A stretch of DNA of 35,365 nucleotides from Armatimonadota bacterium (lineage in GTDB: Bacteria > Sysuimicrobiota > Sysuimicrobiia > Sysuimicrobiales > Humicultoraceae), in the NCBI GenBank assembly GCA_052386995.1, contig JBQTJP010000109.1:1-35365 (forward strand), written 5' to 3'. A program made the position numbers and the translations under genes. Within the stretch, counting starts at the first letter, position 1. Each line of letters starts with the position of its first letter. Shown here piece by piece: positions 1-9,587 of the stretch. The notes under the pieces are model-generated. The model did not search any database, was not told where the DNA came from, and worked only from the letters and a program-made list of their open reading frames with translations.

Positions 1-624
1 TGCGCGGTCGGCCTGACGGCAGGCGTGGTCAGCGCCACGAAACCACGTTCTCTGTTCGACCGTCTAACGATGGTCTTGGCCCTCTTCGCAAACAGTATGC
101 CGGCATTCTGGCTGGGGCTCGTCCTCATCCTGGCCTTTTCCCTCGGGCTGGGCTGGTTTCCGGTCAGCGGCATGTACTCGGTTCGTGGGGACGGCGGATT
201 TTTCGATCTCTTGCGTCACCTGATCTTGCCCGCGATTACCCTGGGCGGGGCCACGACGGCGATCGTCGCCAGGTTGACCCGGTCCAGCATGCTGGAAGTG
301 ATCCGGCAGGACTATGTGCGGACAGCCCGCGCGAAGGGCCTCTACGAGCGGCGCGTGGTTCTGGGGCACGCTCTGCGGAACGCGCTGCTGCCGGTGGTGA
401 CCGTGGTGGGCCTACAGGTTGGATTTCTGCTGGGCGGGGCCGTGCTGACCGAGACCGTGTTCTCGTGGCCTGGGGTGGGGCTGCAGGTGTTTCGGGCGAT
501 TTCCACCCGCGACATCCCGCTCATCCAGGGCAGCGTGCTGCTCATCGCGGTAAGTTTCGTCTTCATCAACCTGCTCGTCGACGTGCTCTACGCGTACTTC
601 GATCCGCGGATCAAGTATTCCTGA
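1..624 (+). CDS. ABC peptide/nickel transporter permease, DppB/OppB type (5'-truncated by window edge)
   Basis: Frame open from base 1; multiple TM segments; EAA-type loop RSSMLEVIRQDYVRTARAKG; ETVFSWPGVG; C-terminal DPRI. Confidence 0.93.
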   Translation, partial: CAVGLTAGVVSATKPRSLFDRLTMVLALFANSMPAFWLGLVLILAFSLGLGWFPVSGMYSVRGDGGFFDLLRHLILPAITLGGATTAIVARLTRSSMLEVIRQDYVRTARAKGLYERRVVLGHALRNALLPVVTVVGLQVGFLLGGAVLTETVFSWPGVGLQVFRAISTRDIPLIQGSVLLIAVSFVFINLLVDVLYAYFDPRIKYS

Positions 625-1534
625 GGCGCGGATCCAAGGCGTCGCGCAGGCCGTCGCCGAACAGATTAAACCCGAGCGTCACGAGGAAGATCAACACGCC
701 GGGCACGGTCGCCACGTGGGGGGCGACCGCGAGCACCTGCCGGCCCGCGGCCAGCATGGCTCCCCAGTCCGCCGCGGGCGGCTGCACCCCGAGTCCGAGG
801 AAGCTCAACCCGGCTGCAAAGATGACGACGCGCCCGGTCTCCAGAGTCGCGTAGACGATGACCGGCGGCAGCACGTTGGGCAGGACGTGCAGCAGCATGA
901 TGCGCGCCTGGCTCGCGCCCAGGCAGCGCGCGGCCTCAACGTATTCTCTCTCGCGAATAGACAGCGTCAGGCCACGCACGAGGCGAGAGAAGACCGGGAT
1001 CGAGACGACGACGACGGCCATGATCACGTTGCGCAACCCAGGCCCCAGCGCCGCGGCGATGCCGATGGCGAGCAGGATGGAGGGAAACGCCAGCACGATA
1101 TCCAGGATCCGCATCGATACCTGGTCAAGCCACCCGCGATAGTAGCCGGAGATCAGACCCAGGGAGAGCCCAATCAGCCCGGAGATCAGCACCGGGAAGA
1201 ACGCCACCCATAGCGAAATCCGGCCGCCCCACAGGAGGCGGCTCAGGATATCGCGACCGATATCGTCGGTGCCCAGGATATGGCCGGGAGTCCCGGGGGG
1301 CAGCAGCCGGGTGCTGGAACTCACGCGGTACGGATCGTGCGGAGCAAGATAGGGCGCAAAGACCGCGCAGAGGATGGCCAGCATCACAATTAGAAGGCCC
1401 AGCAGCGCGAACCCATCACGTCGCAGTCTCCGCCACACCATGGCCAGCCGCGATGTGGTGGGTTGTATCCGCTGACCGATGCCCGGTTCGGCGATAGGGC
1501 CCTGGACCGAAGGTGGAATGGCTCGCTCTCGCAT
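611..1534 (-). CDS. ABC peptide/nickel transporter permease, DppC/OppC type
   Basis: HILGTDDIGRDILSR, REYVEAARCLGAS, LSFLGLG, GDGLRDALDPR motifs. Confidence 0.93.
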   Translation of the reverse strand: MRERAIPPSVQGPIAEPGIGQRIQPTTSRLAMVWRRLRRDGFALLGLLIVMLAILCAVFAPYLAPHDPYRVSSSTRLLPPGTPGHILGTDDIGRDILSRLLWGGRISLWVAFFPVLISGLIGLSLGLISGYYRGWLDQVSMRILDIVLAFPSILLAIGIAAALGPGLRNVIMAVVVVSIPVFSRLVRGLTLSIREREYVEAARCLGASQARIMLLHVLPNVLPPVIVYATLETGRVVIFAAGLSFLGLGVQPPAADWGAMLAAGRQVLAVAPHVATVPGVLIFLVTLGFNLFGDGLRDALDPRLRNT

Positions 1535-1539
1535 CGGGC

Positions 1540-2964
1540 CTATGGGTGCATCCGCGCGCGCAGGGCCGCAAGGGCCGGACTCAGCGTAACGGGATAGACC
1601 ATCGGGTCATCCAGCTGACACAGTTCCTCTGGGAGTGCGGCCAGGTGCTCGGTCGAGCGCTGTCTGAGGTCGGCCAAAGGTTCGATGACGATCCGACGGC
1701 CTCCCTGCATGACCGGCACGAGCAGCGGACTCCATCCCGCCGGCCCGGACTCGTCGTGGAGAGCGAGCAGATCCCCGATCGGCTGTCCATCGGCGTCGGT
1801 GCGGCGCCACACCTGCTTGCGGCCCGGCACTGTCGCCTTGCCCGTGCTGAGCTTGATGCGATACCCTTTTTCGTCTTCCACGAGTTTGTAGACTCCGCCG
1901 ATGTTCGGCGCGTCCGCCGACGTGCCCATCTCGGTGCCGACCCCGAAGGCGTCCACGGCGGCGCCCTGGTCGAGGAGCTCGGCGATGCGGTATTCGTTCA
2001 GATCGCCGCTCAGAAGAATCTGCACCCCGCCGAGACCGGCTTCATCGAGCGCGGCGCGCACGGCCCGGCTCTGGGTGAGCAGATCGCCGCTGTCGATGCG
2101 CACGGCCCGCAGCCGCCCGCCGGCGGCGGCCATCTCGCGCGCGACTGTGATCGCGTGGGCAATCCCCTGGGCCGTGTCGTAGGTGTCGATCAAGAGCACG
2201 GTATTGTTGGGAAAGTCACGCGCGAACGTACGGAAGGCCTCCAGTTCGTCGGCGAAGGACATCACGTAGGAGTGGGCCATGGTGCCGACGACGGGGATGC
2301 CGTAGAGCATGCCGGCAAGCACGTTCGATGTGCCGGTGCAGCCGGCGAGATACGCCGCCCGGGCGACCTTCAGGGCCGCGTCGCTGCCGTGGTCGCGCCG
2401 GGGCGACATGTCCACGACGCCGCGCCCACGCGCCGCCAGCACCACCCGCGCCGCTTTGCTGGCCACCATAACCTGAAAGTTCATCGTGTTGAGCAGCAGC
2501 GTCTCGACGAGCTGCGCCTCGATGCGCGGGGCGCTGACTTCCAGAAGAGGCTCCGGTGGGAAGAACACCTCGCCCTCCGGAATGGCCCGCACGTTGCCGG
2601 TGAACCGGAACCGGCGCAGATAGTCGAGGAATCCATCGCTGAACAGCCGCAGGCTCCCCAGGTAGCGGATCGCCTCGTCACCAAAGCGGAGCCCCTCCAG
2701 CGTGGCCAGCGCGGTGTCGAGACCCGCGCTGAGGAGGAAGGCCCGGCCGGGCGGCAGCGTCCGTACGAAGAGCGCGAAGGTGGCCGGCTCGTTCATCCCA
2801 TGCCGGAAGTAGCTGTCGGACATGGTGAGCTCGTACAGGTCGGTGAGGAGCGCGACGTTCGACGGCGTCACGTAGCCGGGATCCGCGGCGGCAGGCGCGG
2901 CCGTCGGGGCGGAAGCGGGCGAGGGTCGCTCCCGGGCTCCGCCCTGAGGGTCGGGCGCGGTCAT
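1540..2964 (-). CDS. pncB: Nicotinate phosphoribosyltransferase
   Basis: LLTDLYELTM, GTMAHS (phospho-His), LIDTYD, VRIDSGD, GVYKLVE; start placed at ATG 2964, overlapping the corA stop (ATGA). Confidence 0.92.
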   Translation of the reverse strand: MTAPDPQGGARERPSPASAPTAAPAAADPGYVTPSNVALLTDLYELTMSDSYFRHGMNEPATFALFVRTLPPGRAFLLSAGLDTALATLEGLRFGDEAIRYLGSLRLFSDGFLDYLRRFRFTGNVRAIPEGEVFFPPEPLLEVSAPRIEAQLVETLLLNTMNFQVMVASKAARVVLAARGRGVVDMSPRRDHGSDAALKVARAAYLAGCTGTSNVLAGMLYGIPVVGTMAHSYVMSFADELEAFRTFARDFPNNTVLLIDTYDTAQGIAHAITVAREMAAAGGRLRAVRIDSGDLLTQSRAVRAALDEAGLGGVQILLSGDLNEYRIAELLDQGAAVDAFGVGTEMGTSADAPNIGGVYKLVEDEKGYRIKLSTGKATVPGRKQVWRRTDADGQPIGDLLALHDESGPAGWSPLLVPVMQGGRRIVIEPLADLRQRSTEHLAALPEELCQLDDPMVYPVTLSPALAALRARMHP

Positions 2965-3935
2965 AGCCAGCGCAGTCGCCTGAAGATCGCGAACATGACG
3001 AGCACGCTTGCGGCCATGATCCCGGTCGCGGCGATCACCCCGTACCGCCATTCGAACGGCGGAAACGTGCGCTCGAAGTTCATGCCGTAGAAGCCGGTAA
3101 TGACGGCCAGCGACGCGAAGATCGAGGTGACGATCGTCAGAACCTTCACGATCTCATTGAGGCGGTTGCTCGTCAGGGTGAGGTAGATATCCAGCGCGCC
3201 GGACAGCAGGTCCCGGTGCGTGTCGATCTGGTCGGTAATGCGCAGCAAGTGGTCGTAGATGTCACGGAAGTAGGCGCGCAGCGGCGCGCCGATTGTCTGG
3301 GTCTCATGGCGCAGCATCAGGTTCATCATATCGCGCTGCGGGGCGGCGACGCGCCGCAGCCGCAGCAGCGACCGTTTCGCGGCAAAGAGCCGGTCCATGG
3401 TCTGCGGCGTTGGTTGCTTGAACAATGTGTCCTCGAGCCGTTCGACGTATTCGTCGAGCACGTCGAGGCACGGAAAGTAGGAATCCACGACCACGTCCAG
3501 CATCACGTAGAGGAGGTAGCCTTCGGATGATCGCAGCTCCGCGGGCGCCTGGGTCAGCCGGCGTCGGGCTTCATCCAGCGCCGGTGCCATCGTGTGCGTG
3601 GTGATCACGAAGCCGTGCCCCGCGAAGATATCGATCTCGTCCAGGATGATGTCGTGGCGCCCGTGGGCCCGGGCGGCGTGGGTGGTGATGAACAGGTAGC
3701 GATCGTATTCTTCCGCTTTCGGCCGTTGGCGGCGCTTCAACGCGTCTTCCACGGCAAGCGGGTGAAGGTCGAAGAGCCTGGCGAGCTCGGCCATCACGGC
3801 CGGTGTGGGGTTGAGGACGTCTACCCACAGGACCTGGCCGTCGCGCCCCCGCAGGGACTCGAGCGAGTCAGGAGGATCGACGATCATCTCTGATCCGCGC
3901 AGGACGAGCACGCGGGTCGCAGACGGCGCGGGCAT
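2961..3935 (-). CDS. corA: Magnesium/cobalt transporter CorA
   Basis: LHPLAVED...RPKAEEY, YFRDIYDHL, FYGMNF signature between two C-terminal TM helices; start ATG 3935 (TTG 3950 alternative). Confidence 0.93.
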   Translation of the reverse strand: MPAPSATRVLVLRGSEMIVDPPDSLESLRGRDGQVLWVDVLNPTPAVMAELARLFDLHPLAVEDALKRRQRPKAEEYDRYLFITTHAARAHGRHDIILDEIDIFAGHGFVITTHTMAPALDEARRRLTQAPAELRSSEGYLLYVMLDVVVDSYFPCLDVLDEYVERLEDTLFKQPTPQTMDRLFAAKRSLLRLRRVAAPQRDMMNLMLRHETQTIGAPLRAYFRDIYDHLLRITDQIDTHRDLLSGALDIYLTLTSNRLNEIVKVLTIVTSIFASLAVITGFYGMNFERTFPPFEWRYGVIAATGIMAASVLVMFAIFRRLRWL

Positions 3936-3997
3936 CGCAGAAGTTTTCAACTCGCCGCAGTCTTTTCCTGGGGTCGCCTAGGGCGCGGAGGCCTCGA

Positions 3998-4420
3998 TCA
4001 GACTAGTCCTTCTCCCTTCGCCGCCGCGGCCAGGTGGGTGTCGAATGACACCAGGCGGAGTTCGGGGAGCTCGACCTGCAGAGTCTTGGCTGCGGCCAGA
4101 TGCCACAGGTCGGGACCGCGCAATGCCCACTTCGTAGACATGTCCCGCACGAGCTTCCACTCGGGGGAGACATTTGTGCGGTGCCACGGCCCTCTTTCAA
4201 TGGCTTCTCGCGCGGCCCGGACGAGGACTGTGGCGATGACGCGTTCCCGCTCAATCCGTCCGATCACCGCATGGACTTCTGCCCACGCGAGCGAGGACAG
4301 CAGGTGCACGCCCGCCCGGCGTGCCCAGGTCGTCGCGTCTTTGCTGTGACGATCCTGAAAGACGGCGGAGAGGATGGCGGAAGTGTCCCAGTACACTACA
4401 ATCTGCTCGTCGGCGGTCAC
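3998..4420 (-). CDS. vapC: PIN-domain toxin, VapC family
   Basis: YWDTSA, WAEV, LRGPDLWHLAAA, VSFD acidic PIN motifs; GTG 4420 overlaps the antitoxin stop (GTGA). Confidence 0.85.
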   Translation of the reverse strand: MTADEQIVVYWDTSAILSAVFQDRHSKDATTWARRAGVHLLSSLAWAEVHAVIGRIERERVIATVLVRAAREAIERGPWHRTNVSPEWKLVRDMSTKWALRGPDLWHLAAAKTLQVELPELRLVSFDTHLAAAAKGEGLV

Positions 4421-4701
4421 GATCTGCGGTCCTCCCGGAGCCATTCTTGTGCGAGGTCCCGCTTGAGCGGGAGCGGCGGGGGGAGTTCTCGCGCGCCGCG
4501 TTCGGGCGGTTCGATCAGCCCGCTCTCGATCAGTCGGCGCATCCGATCGTCTAGGGGCAACACGCCTTCGGACGCGGGAACAAGCCGTGCGACGGCTTTT
4601 CCCCGATCTGTGATGATCCACTCCTGGCCCCCCTGAACGCCTCGGAGGAGCCTGCTCAGATGAGCCTTGGCCTCGCGCACGCCGGTCTTTCGTGGCTTCA
4701 T
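4417..4701 (-). CDS. Type II antitoxin, Phd/YefM family
   Basis: GVREAKAHLSRLL...IITDRGKAVARLVP; 94 aa; directly upstream of PIN toxin; AGGGAG RBS. Confidence 0.88.
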   Translation of the reverse strand: MKPRKTGVREAKAHLSRLLRGVQGGQEWIITDRGKAVARLVPASEGVLPLDDRMRRLIESGLIEPPERGARELPPPLPLKRDLAQEWLREDRRS

Positions 4702-4717
4702 ACCGCGTCTCCCTGGT

Positions 4718-4771
4718 ATGTAGTTCCTTAGCCTACATCACTATTGTGACCTTTATAACCACGTATGTCAA
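4718..4771 (-). promoter_or_regulatory. Putative sigma70 promoter and autoregulatory operators of the TA operon
   Basis: Minus strand TTGACA (4771-4766), 17 nt, CACAAT (4748-4743); inverted repeats TCAC-tatt-GTGA (4738-4749) and ATGTAG-N9-CTACAT (4718-4738) in an AT-rich spacer. Confidence 0.55.
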
Positions 4772-4819
4772 ACTTTCAGAGGGGGGAATACCTCGCGCGT
4801 ATGTGCGGTTACTGGCACC

Positions 4820-5296
4820 ATGGACCCGAAAGCCAAGAAACAGGCCCTCGAGCTCGTCACCTACGGTCTCTACGTGATCGGCACCCACCGCGGCGATCAG
4901 AAGCACGCCGTGATGGTCAACTGGCTCACCCAGGCTTCGTTCGACCCGCCGCTCGTCGTCCTGGCCCTCATGAAAGAGGCCCTATCTACCGAGATGGTCG
5001 CGGCGACCGGCGACTTCAGCGTGAACATCCCCGCGGCCGGTCAACTTGAGTTCGCGAAGACCTTCATCAAACGGCCCGCGTACGAAGGGAACCGCCTGGG
5101 TGGGTATGAATTCTACACCCAGACCACAGGGGCACCGATCTTCAAGAACGCGCTGGCGTTCGTCGAGTGCAAGGTTGTGGCGACCGTCGACCATGGGGAT
5201 CATCTGATCTTTGCGGCCGAGGTCGTGGACGCCGGAGTGCACCGCGAGGGCGAGCCGCTCGCCCTGCGCGGCACGAAGATGCATTACGCCGGGTGA
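4820..5296 (+). CDS. Flavin reductase family (FMN-binding split barrel) protein
   Basis: YGLYVIG, NWLTQASFDPPLV, ALAFVECKV, GDHLIF. Confidence 0.88.
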   Translation: MDPKAKKQALELVTYGLYVIGTHRGDQKHAVMVNWLTQASFDPPLVVLALMKEALSTEMVAATGDFSVNIPAAGQLEFAKTFIKRPAYEGNRLGGYEFYTQTTGAPIFKNALAFVECKVVATVDHGDHLIFAAEVVDAGVHREGEPLALRGTKMHYAG

Positions 5297-5327
5297 CGTC
5301 CAAAGCACCACCCCTGGAGGTGGATCT

Positions 5328-5801
5328 GTGGCTGCGGATGTGGGGCAGCGCGCCCCTGATGCGGCGCTCGTCAACTATGACCGCAAGGCGGTGAAAGTCA
5401 GCGAGCTGCGCGGCAAGCCGGCCGTGCTGGCGTTCTTTCCCGGCGCGTTCACGGGAGCGTGCACCAAGGAGATGTGCGCCTTCCGCGATAGCCTGGCGAA
5501 ATTCAACGCGCTGAACGCACAGGTGGTCGGCATCAGCGTCGACCAGCCATTCTCTCAGAAGGCCTTCGCCGACCAGAACGCCCTCAATTTTCCGCTCTGG
5601 TCCGACTTCAACCGTGAAGCCGTACGGGCGTTCGGCGTGCAGGATCAAAATTGGGCCGGCGGCCTCATGCCGGGCGTCGCGATGCGGTCGGTGTTCGTCC
5701 TCGACCGCGACGGTGTCGTCCGCTACAAGTGGGTAGCGCCGACGCAGGCGACCGAGCCGGATTACGCCGCGGTGGAGGCGGCCGTAAAGGCGCTGAACTA
5801 G
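5328..5801 (+). CDS. Peroxiredoxin (AhpC/TSA; BCP/AhpE-like)
   Basis: FFPGAFTGACTKEMC = PxxxTxxC with a second Cys; GISVD; RSVFVLD; GGAGG RBS before GTG 5328. Confidence 0.88.
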   Translation: MAADVGQRAPDAALVNYDRKAVKVSELRGKPAVLAFFPGAFTGACTKEMCAFRDSLAKFNALNAQVVGISVDQPFSQKAFADQNALNFPLWSDFNREAVRAFGVQDQNWAGGLMPGVAMRSVFVLDRDGVVRYKWVAPTQATEPDYAAVEAAVKALN

Positions 5802-6886
5802 GCTCCCGCGACTTCCTCTTCGCCCGCGGGCGCGGGTGGCGGCGCCTGCGCACGCGGTGACAGTTTGGCCGCCCGTACACCCAGCAGTCGTACGGGTCGG
5901 TCGACGCGCACGCGATCAAGTAGTCCCAATGCCGTCTGCGCCAGGGTCTCGCCGTCATCGATCGGCTCTCGGAGCGTGTGGGACCTCGTGAGTGTCTGGA
6001 ACGGGACGAGCCGAATCTTGAGTGTGATCGTCGCCGCCCGGTAACCTTCCTCACGCAGGTCACCCGCTACTTCGTGGGCGAGGCGCGCGATCATCGACTT
6101 GATCGTGGGCGTCCGCCGCAGATCGATCTGGAACGTCCGCTCGCGGCTGATGGATTTGGGTTCCCACTCGGTAACGATCGGGCTCTCATCGATTCCGCGC
6201 GCGACGCGATACAGGTGCTCGCCGTGGTTGGGTCCGAAGCCGTCCTGAAGCCGCTCGAGCGACACGGCCGCAAGATCCGCCACCGTGCGCACCTGGAAGC
6301 GCTCTGCGAGCGCCGCCGCGGTCTTGGGTCCCACGCCCCACAGCACGGTGGCCGGCAGTGGCGCCAGCCGGCGCTCGACCGCGGCCGCGTCGATCACGGT
6401 CAGGCCGTCGGGCTTGTTGAGGCCGGAAGCGATCTTGGCGATGAGCTTGTTTGGGCCGACCCCGACCGACGCGGTGAGGCCGAGCTCCTCGGCGATACGG
6501 CCCCGCACGGCTCGCGCGATCGCCTCGCCGGACTCTTCAAGCTCGCTGACATCGAGGAACGCCTCGTCCAGCCCCCACGACTCGACCTGAGCCCCGGTGT
6601 CGCGGAGGATCGCGTACATCCGCTGGGAAACTTCTCGGTAGGCCGCAAAGTCTACGGGCAGGAAGACCGCCTGCGGGCACCGCTTGTAGGCGGTGCGCAG
6701 CGGCATCGCGGAATGGATGCCGAACGCCCGCGCTTCGTAGGAGGCTGTGGAAACCACCCCGCGCTTGCGCGGATCGCCGTCACCGCCGACGACGACAGGG
6801 CGGCCGCGCAACTCAGGACGCCGCAGCTGCTCGACTGCCGCGAAGAAGGCATCCATGTCGATGTGCAGGATCGTGCGCGTGGTCAT
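5798..6886 (-). CDS. dinB: DNA polymerase IV (Y family)
   Basis: HIDMDAFFAAVEQ, ASYEARAFGIHSAMP, LDEAFLD, KLIAKIASGLNKPDG, little-finger KSISRERTF; start ATG 6886. Confidence 0.95.
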   Translation of the reverse strand: MTTRTILHIDMDAFFAAVEQLRRPELRGRPVVVGGDGDPRKRGVVSTASYEARAFGIHSAMPLRTAYKRCPQAVFLPVDFAAYREVSQRMYAILRDTGAQVESWGLDEAFLDVSELEESGEAIARAVRGRIAEELGLTASVGVGPNKLIAKIASGLNKPDGLTVIDAAAVERRLAPLPATVLWGVGPKTAAALAERFQVRTVADLAAVSLERLQDGFGPNHGEHLYRVARGIDESPIVTEWEPKSISRERTFQIDLRRTPTIKSMIARLAHEVAGDLREEGYRAATITLKIRLVPFQTLTRSHTLREPIDDGETLAQTALGLLDRVRVDRPVRLLGVRAAKLSPRAQAPPPAPAGEEEVAGA

Positions 6887-6952
6887 GATCGGGTCCGATG
6901 ATGCTCTTCGCCGTGTTCGGCGCCACCCTCCTATCGGAAGGGAGCTCGACGG

Positions 6953-7702
6953 ATGATCCGATTCGACGGCAAAGTAATGCTCATCACCGGCGGGGCGTCC
7001 GGCATCGGCCTGGCGACGGCTCGCCTGGCCTATAGACTTGGGGCACGGGTGGCGATCGCCGGCCGCCGCGCCGATCGCGGCCGCGAAGCCGCCGGCTCTG
7101 TGGGTCCCGATGCGCTGTTCGTACCCGCCGACGTGACCCGTGAGGACGACGTCCGGCGCATGATCGCCGCGGTGACTGAACGCTTCGGCCGCCTGGACGT
7201 CTTGATCAACAACGCCGGGTCGATCCACAGGGTGCCCGTGCACGAGGAAGACGCCGCCGGGTGGGACAGGGCGCTGGGGGTCAACCTGCGCGGCGTGTTC
7301 TTGTGCTGCAAGTACGCGCTGCCCGCGCTCAGCGCGACGAAGGGATGCATCGTCAACGTCGCGTCGATCCTGGCGCTCCGCGCGAACTACGGTCAGACCC
7401 CCGCCTACGATGCCGCGAAGGCCGGGGTCGTGGCCCTCACGCGGTCGATTGCCGTGCGCTACGGTCCCGAAGGCGTGCGGGCGAACGCCGTCTGCCCGGA
7501 CTTCGTGTCCACCGATCTGAATCGGGACGTGTGGGAAGCCTGGACTCCCGAAGAGCGAGCCAAAAGGATCGAAAACTATCCCCTGCGCCGCCTGGGCGAA
7601 CCCGAAGATGTCGCGCGCGCGATCCTCTTCCTGGCCTCCGATGCGGCGGCCTGGATCAGCGGCATTGCGCTCGTGATCGACGGGGGCCGGTCCGCCTCGT
7701 AA
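6953..7702 (+). CDS. SDR family NAD(P)-dependent oxidoreductase
   Basis: TGGASGIG, NNAG, YDAAK catalytic motif. Confidence 0.93.
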   Translation: MIRFDGKVMLITGGASGIGLATARLAYRLGARVAIAGRRADRGREAAGSVGPDALFVPADVTREDDVRRMIAAVTERFGRLDVLINNAGSIHRVPVHEEDAAGWDRALGVNLRGVFLCCKYALPALSATKGCIVNVASILALRANYGQTPAYDAAKAGVVALTRSIAVRYGPEGVRANAVCPDFVSTDLNRDVWEAWTPEERAKRIENYPLRRLGEPEDVARAILFLASDAAAWISGIALVIDGGRSAS

Positions 7703-7710
7703 GGGAGCGG

Positions 7711-8079
7711 CTACAAGATCCCGGTCGCCCGGAGCATCGCCAGATCGGGCGGGCAGGGGCCGCCGACGCTGACCATGCGCTCATCGGCGGTGACCGCGTG
7801 GTGAATGCCTTCGGGCACGTGAATCGCAGCCCCCGCGGCGACCGGCAGGATCACGTCGTTCGTGAAATCCCGCACCGTGCCGCGACCTTCGAGGACGAAG
7901 ATCGTGTCCTCCGAGTCTGCGTGTGTGTGCGGCACGTTGCCCTCGCCTGCCTCGAGCACCACGTGGTTCATGGACGCGACCCGGGCGCCCACACCCGGCC
8001 AGACGATCAGGCGCGCCTGCCTGGCGATCAGGGGCAGCGGCACGCCATCGCGTGCGGCATCGAAGATGTGCACCGGCAT
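7711..8079 (-). CDS. Cupin domain protein
   Basis: PHTHADSEDTIFVLEGRG ... VPEGIHH metal-binding cupin motifs. Confidence 0.85.
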   Translation of the reverse strand: MPVHIFDAARDGVPLPLIARQARLIVWPGVGARVASMNHVVLEAGEGNVPHTHADSEDTIFVLEGRGTVRDFTNDVILPVAAGAAIHVPEGIHHAVTADERMVSVGGPCPPDLAMLRATGIL

Positions 8080-8083
8080 CCCG

Positions 8084-8449
8084 TTACTCCTCGATCACGT
8101 AGTCCGTCGCCGACCGGCGTGCGGGCGCAACGACGCTCACGACCACCGCTCCGTCGCCCCCAGCGGTGGCTTCATGTTGAATGTCCGGAGGGATCACCAG
8201 CACCTGGTCGCGAGTAACCGTGACGGTCTGTGCCGGTGAGAAGAACGTGATGGATCCTTCGGCCACAACGACGACCTGTTCCTGTGGATGGCTGTGCCTG
8301 GGAAAGCGGCTGCCGGGCGCAAAGCGGTAGGTCGTCAAGGTCATGCGATCGGCATCGACAATTCGACACCGCACGCCAGGATAGACCTGCACCCAGGCCT
8401 GCGCCGCCAGCGGCACCAAACGCATCGCCGGTGTTTCGCCTTTAGACAT
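8084..8449 (-). CDS. Cupin domain protein
   Basis: PRHSHPQEQVVVVAEG ... IPPDIQH. Confidence 0.85.
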   Translation of the reverse strand: MSKGETPAMRLVPLAAQAWVQVYPGVRCRIVDADRMTLTTYRFAPGSRFPRHSHPQEQVVVVAEGSITFFSPAQTVTVTRDQVLVIPPDIQHEATAGGDGAVVVSVVAPARRSATDYVIEE

Positions 8450-9201
8450 CAGACATCGAGAAACGCCACCACCCGACAGAGGCTGGCCTCGCCGCCGACG
8501 AACCGCCAGGGGAAGCAGCCGATCACGCAGCGGCGATTCAAGACCCGCTCGATGTCACCGCCGACGTTCTCGACGTGCACGATGCCCGCGCCAAAGGGCA
8601 CGTGGTGCATCACGAAGAGATCCTGCTCCGGAAACTCTTCCTCAGGGTCTCGGCCTGTTCGCCGCTGGTACTCGCGCGCCAGATCTGGACGTTTGGAGCG
8701 GATGCTGGTGTTCATCGGATGATCGGCCGAGCCCGTATCAAAGCCCCACCATTTGAGCTTCATGGCGACGATCCACTCCGCGAGCTCCCTGCCGCCGCCC
8801 GGGTGCATGCAGAAGTAGCGGACCTCGTCCTCATGCGGGCAGCCATTGTAGTATCGCCACCAGCCGGTGTGGTAGATGAGGATGTCGCCCTCGCGGACCT
8901 GTATTTTGCGGGTGATGTCCTCCGGGCGGATCAGGCTCCAATCGCCGGCCACGTCGCTCAGGTCGACGATCACCCCCTCGCTGACCAGCCGGTCGAGCGG
9001 GATGCTGGCGATGTCCGCGCCGCCCGACTTGATATGCATCTCCGCGTCGAGATGGGTGCTGATGTGCAGCGGCATCTCGACGTACTGGCTGACGATACCG
9101 TGGGTGTGATGGCGTTGAAAGTAGGAGATCTTGGGCGAAGGATACCCGACCCAACCCGGCGTGTGCATGCTGAACGGCTGCGTCAGGTCGACGACCTTCA
9201 T
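8449..9201 (-). CDS. Cyclase family (kynurenine formamidase-like) metal-dependent hydrolase
   Basis: MKVVDLT, HISTHLDAEMH (variant of HxGTHxDAPxH), HVEN, GGEASLCRVVA; ATG 9201 overlaps the upstream stop. Confidence 0.85.
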   Translation of the reverse strand: MKVVDLTQPFSMHTPGWVGYPSPKISYFQRHHTHGIVSQYVEMPLHISTHLDAEMHIKSGGADIASIPLDRLVSEGVIVDLSDVAGDWSLIRPEDITRKIQVREGDILIYHTGWWRYYNGCPHEDEVRYFCMHPGGGRELAEWIVAMKLKWWGFDTGSADHPMNTSIRSKRPDLAREYQRRTGRDPEEEFPEQDLFVMHHVPFGAGIVHVENVGGDIERVLNRRCVIGCFPWRFVGGEASLCRVVAFLDV

Positions 9202-9587
9202 GCCTGGCCCTCCGTTGCCGCGCTCGCGTAGAGCGCAGGGTCCGGCGGGCACGGGCCGCCCACACATGTGAGGTCGGTGCGCGCGGCCGCCACGATGCGG
9301 TACGCGTTGCCGGGTGTGATCAGCGCGATCGATCCCGCATGCACCCGATGCAACGATCCCGCGTCGAGATCCTCGACCGCGCCCTCCCCACGGATCACGT
9401 AATATACCGCTTCAGACGCGGCGTGGCGGTGCGGCACCGTGCGGCCGCCCGCGGGCAGCGCGATGTAGTGCATGGACCGATGCCGCGCGCCGACTCCCGG
9501 CCACACGATGGCCCGCGCCTCTCCGCCCTCCTCGGTGAGCGGCAGCGCCACGCAGTCGCGATCTGCCCGCAGAACCTGAACCCTCAT
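9198..9587 (-). CDS. Cupin domain protein
   Basis: PHRHAASEAVYYVIRGEG; paralog of 7711-8079 (shared IVWPGVGAR and VGGPCPPD). Confidence 0.85.
   Translation of the reverse strand: MRVQVLRADRDCVALPLTEEGGEARAIVWPGVGARHRSMHYIALPAGGRTVPHRHAASEAVYYVIRGEGAVEDLDAGSLHRVHAGSIALITPGNAYRIVAAARTDLTCVGGPCPPDPALYASAATEGQA

Noticed and set aside
601..634. GATCCGCGGATC palindrome and inverted repeat at the permease junction (also near 33673-33686) as a recombination site
   Set aside because: Fully explained by codons for the conserved DPR(I) C-terminal motif of these permeases.
1513..3090. 525-aa plus-strand ORF (and similar long ORFs at 9693-11246, 9947-11530, 12444-13913, 13717-15153, 16990-18372, 25297-26931)
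   Set aside because: Antisense or off-frame shadows of well-supported genes, expected in high-GC DNA; no recognisable motifs.
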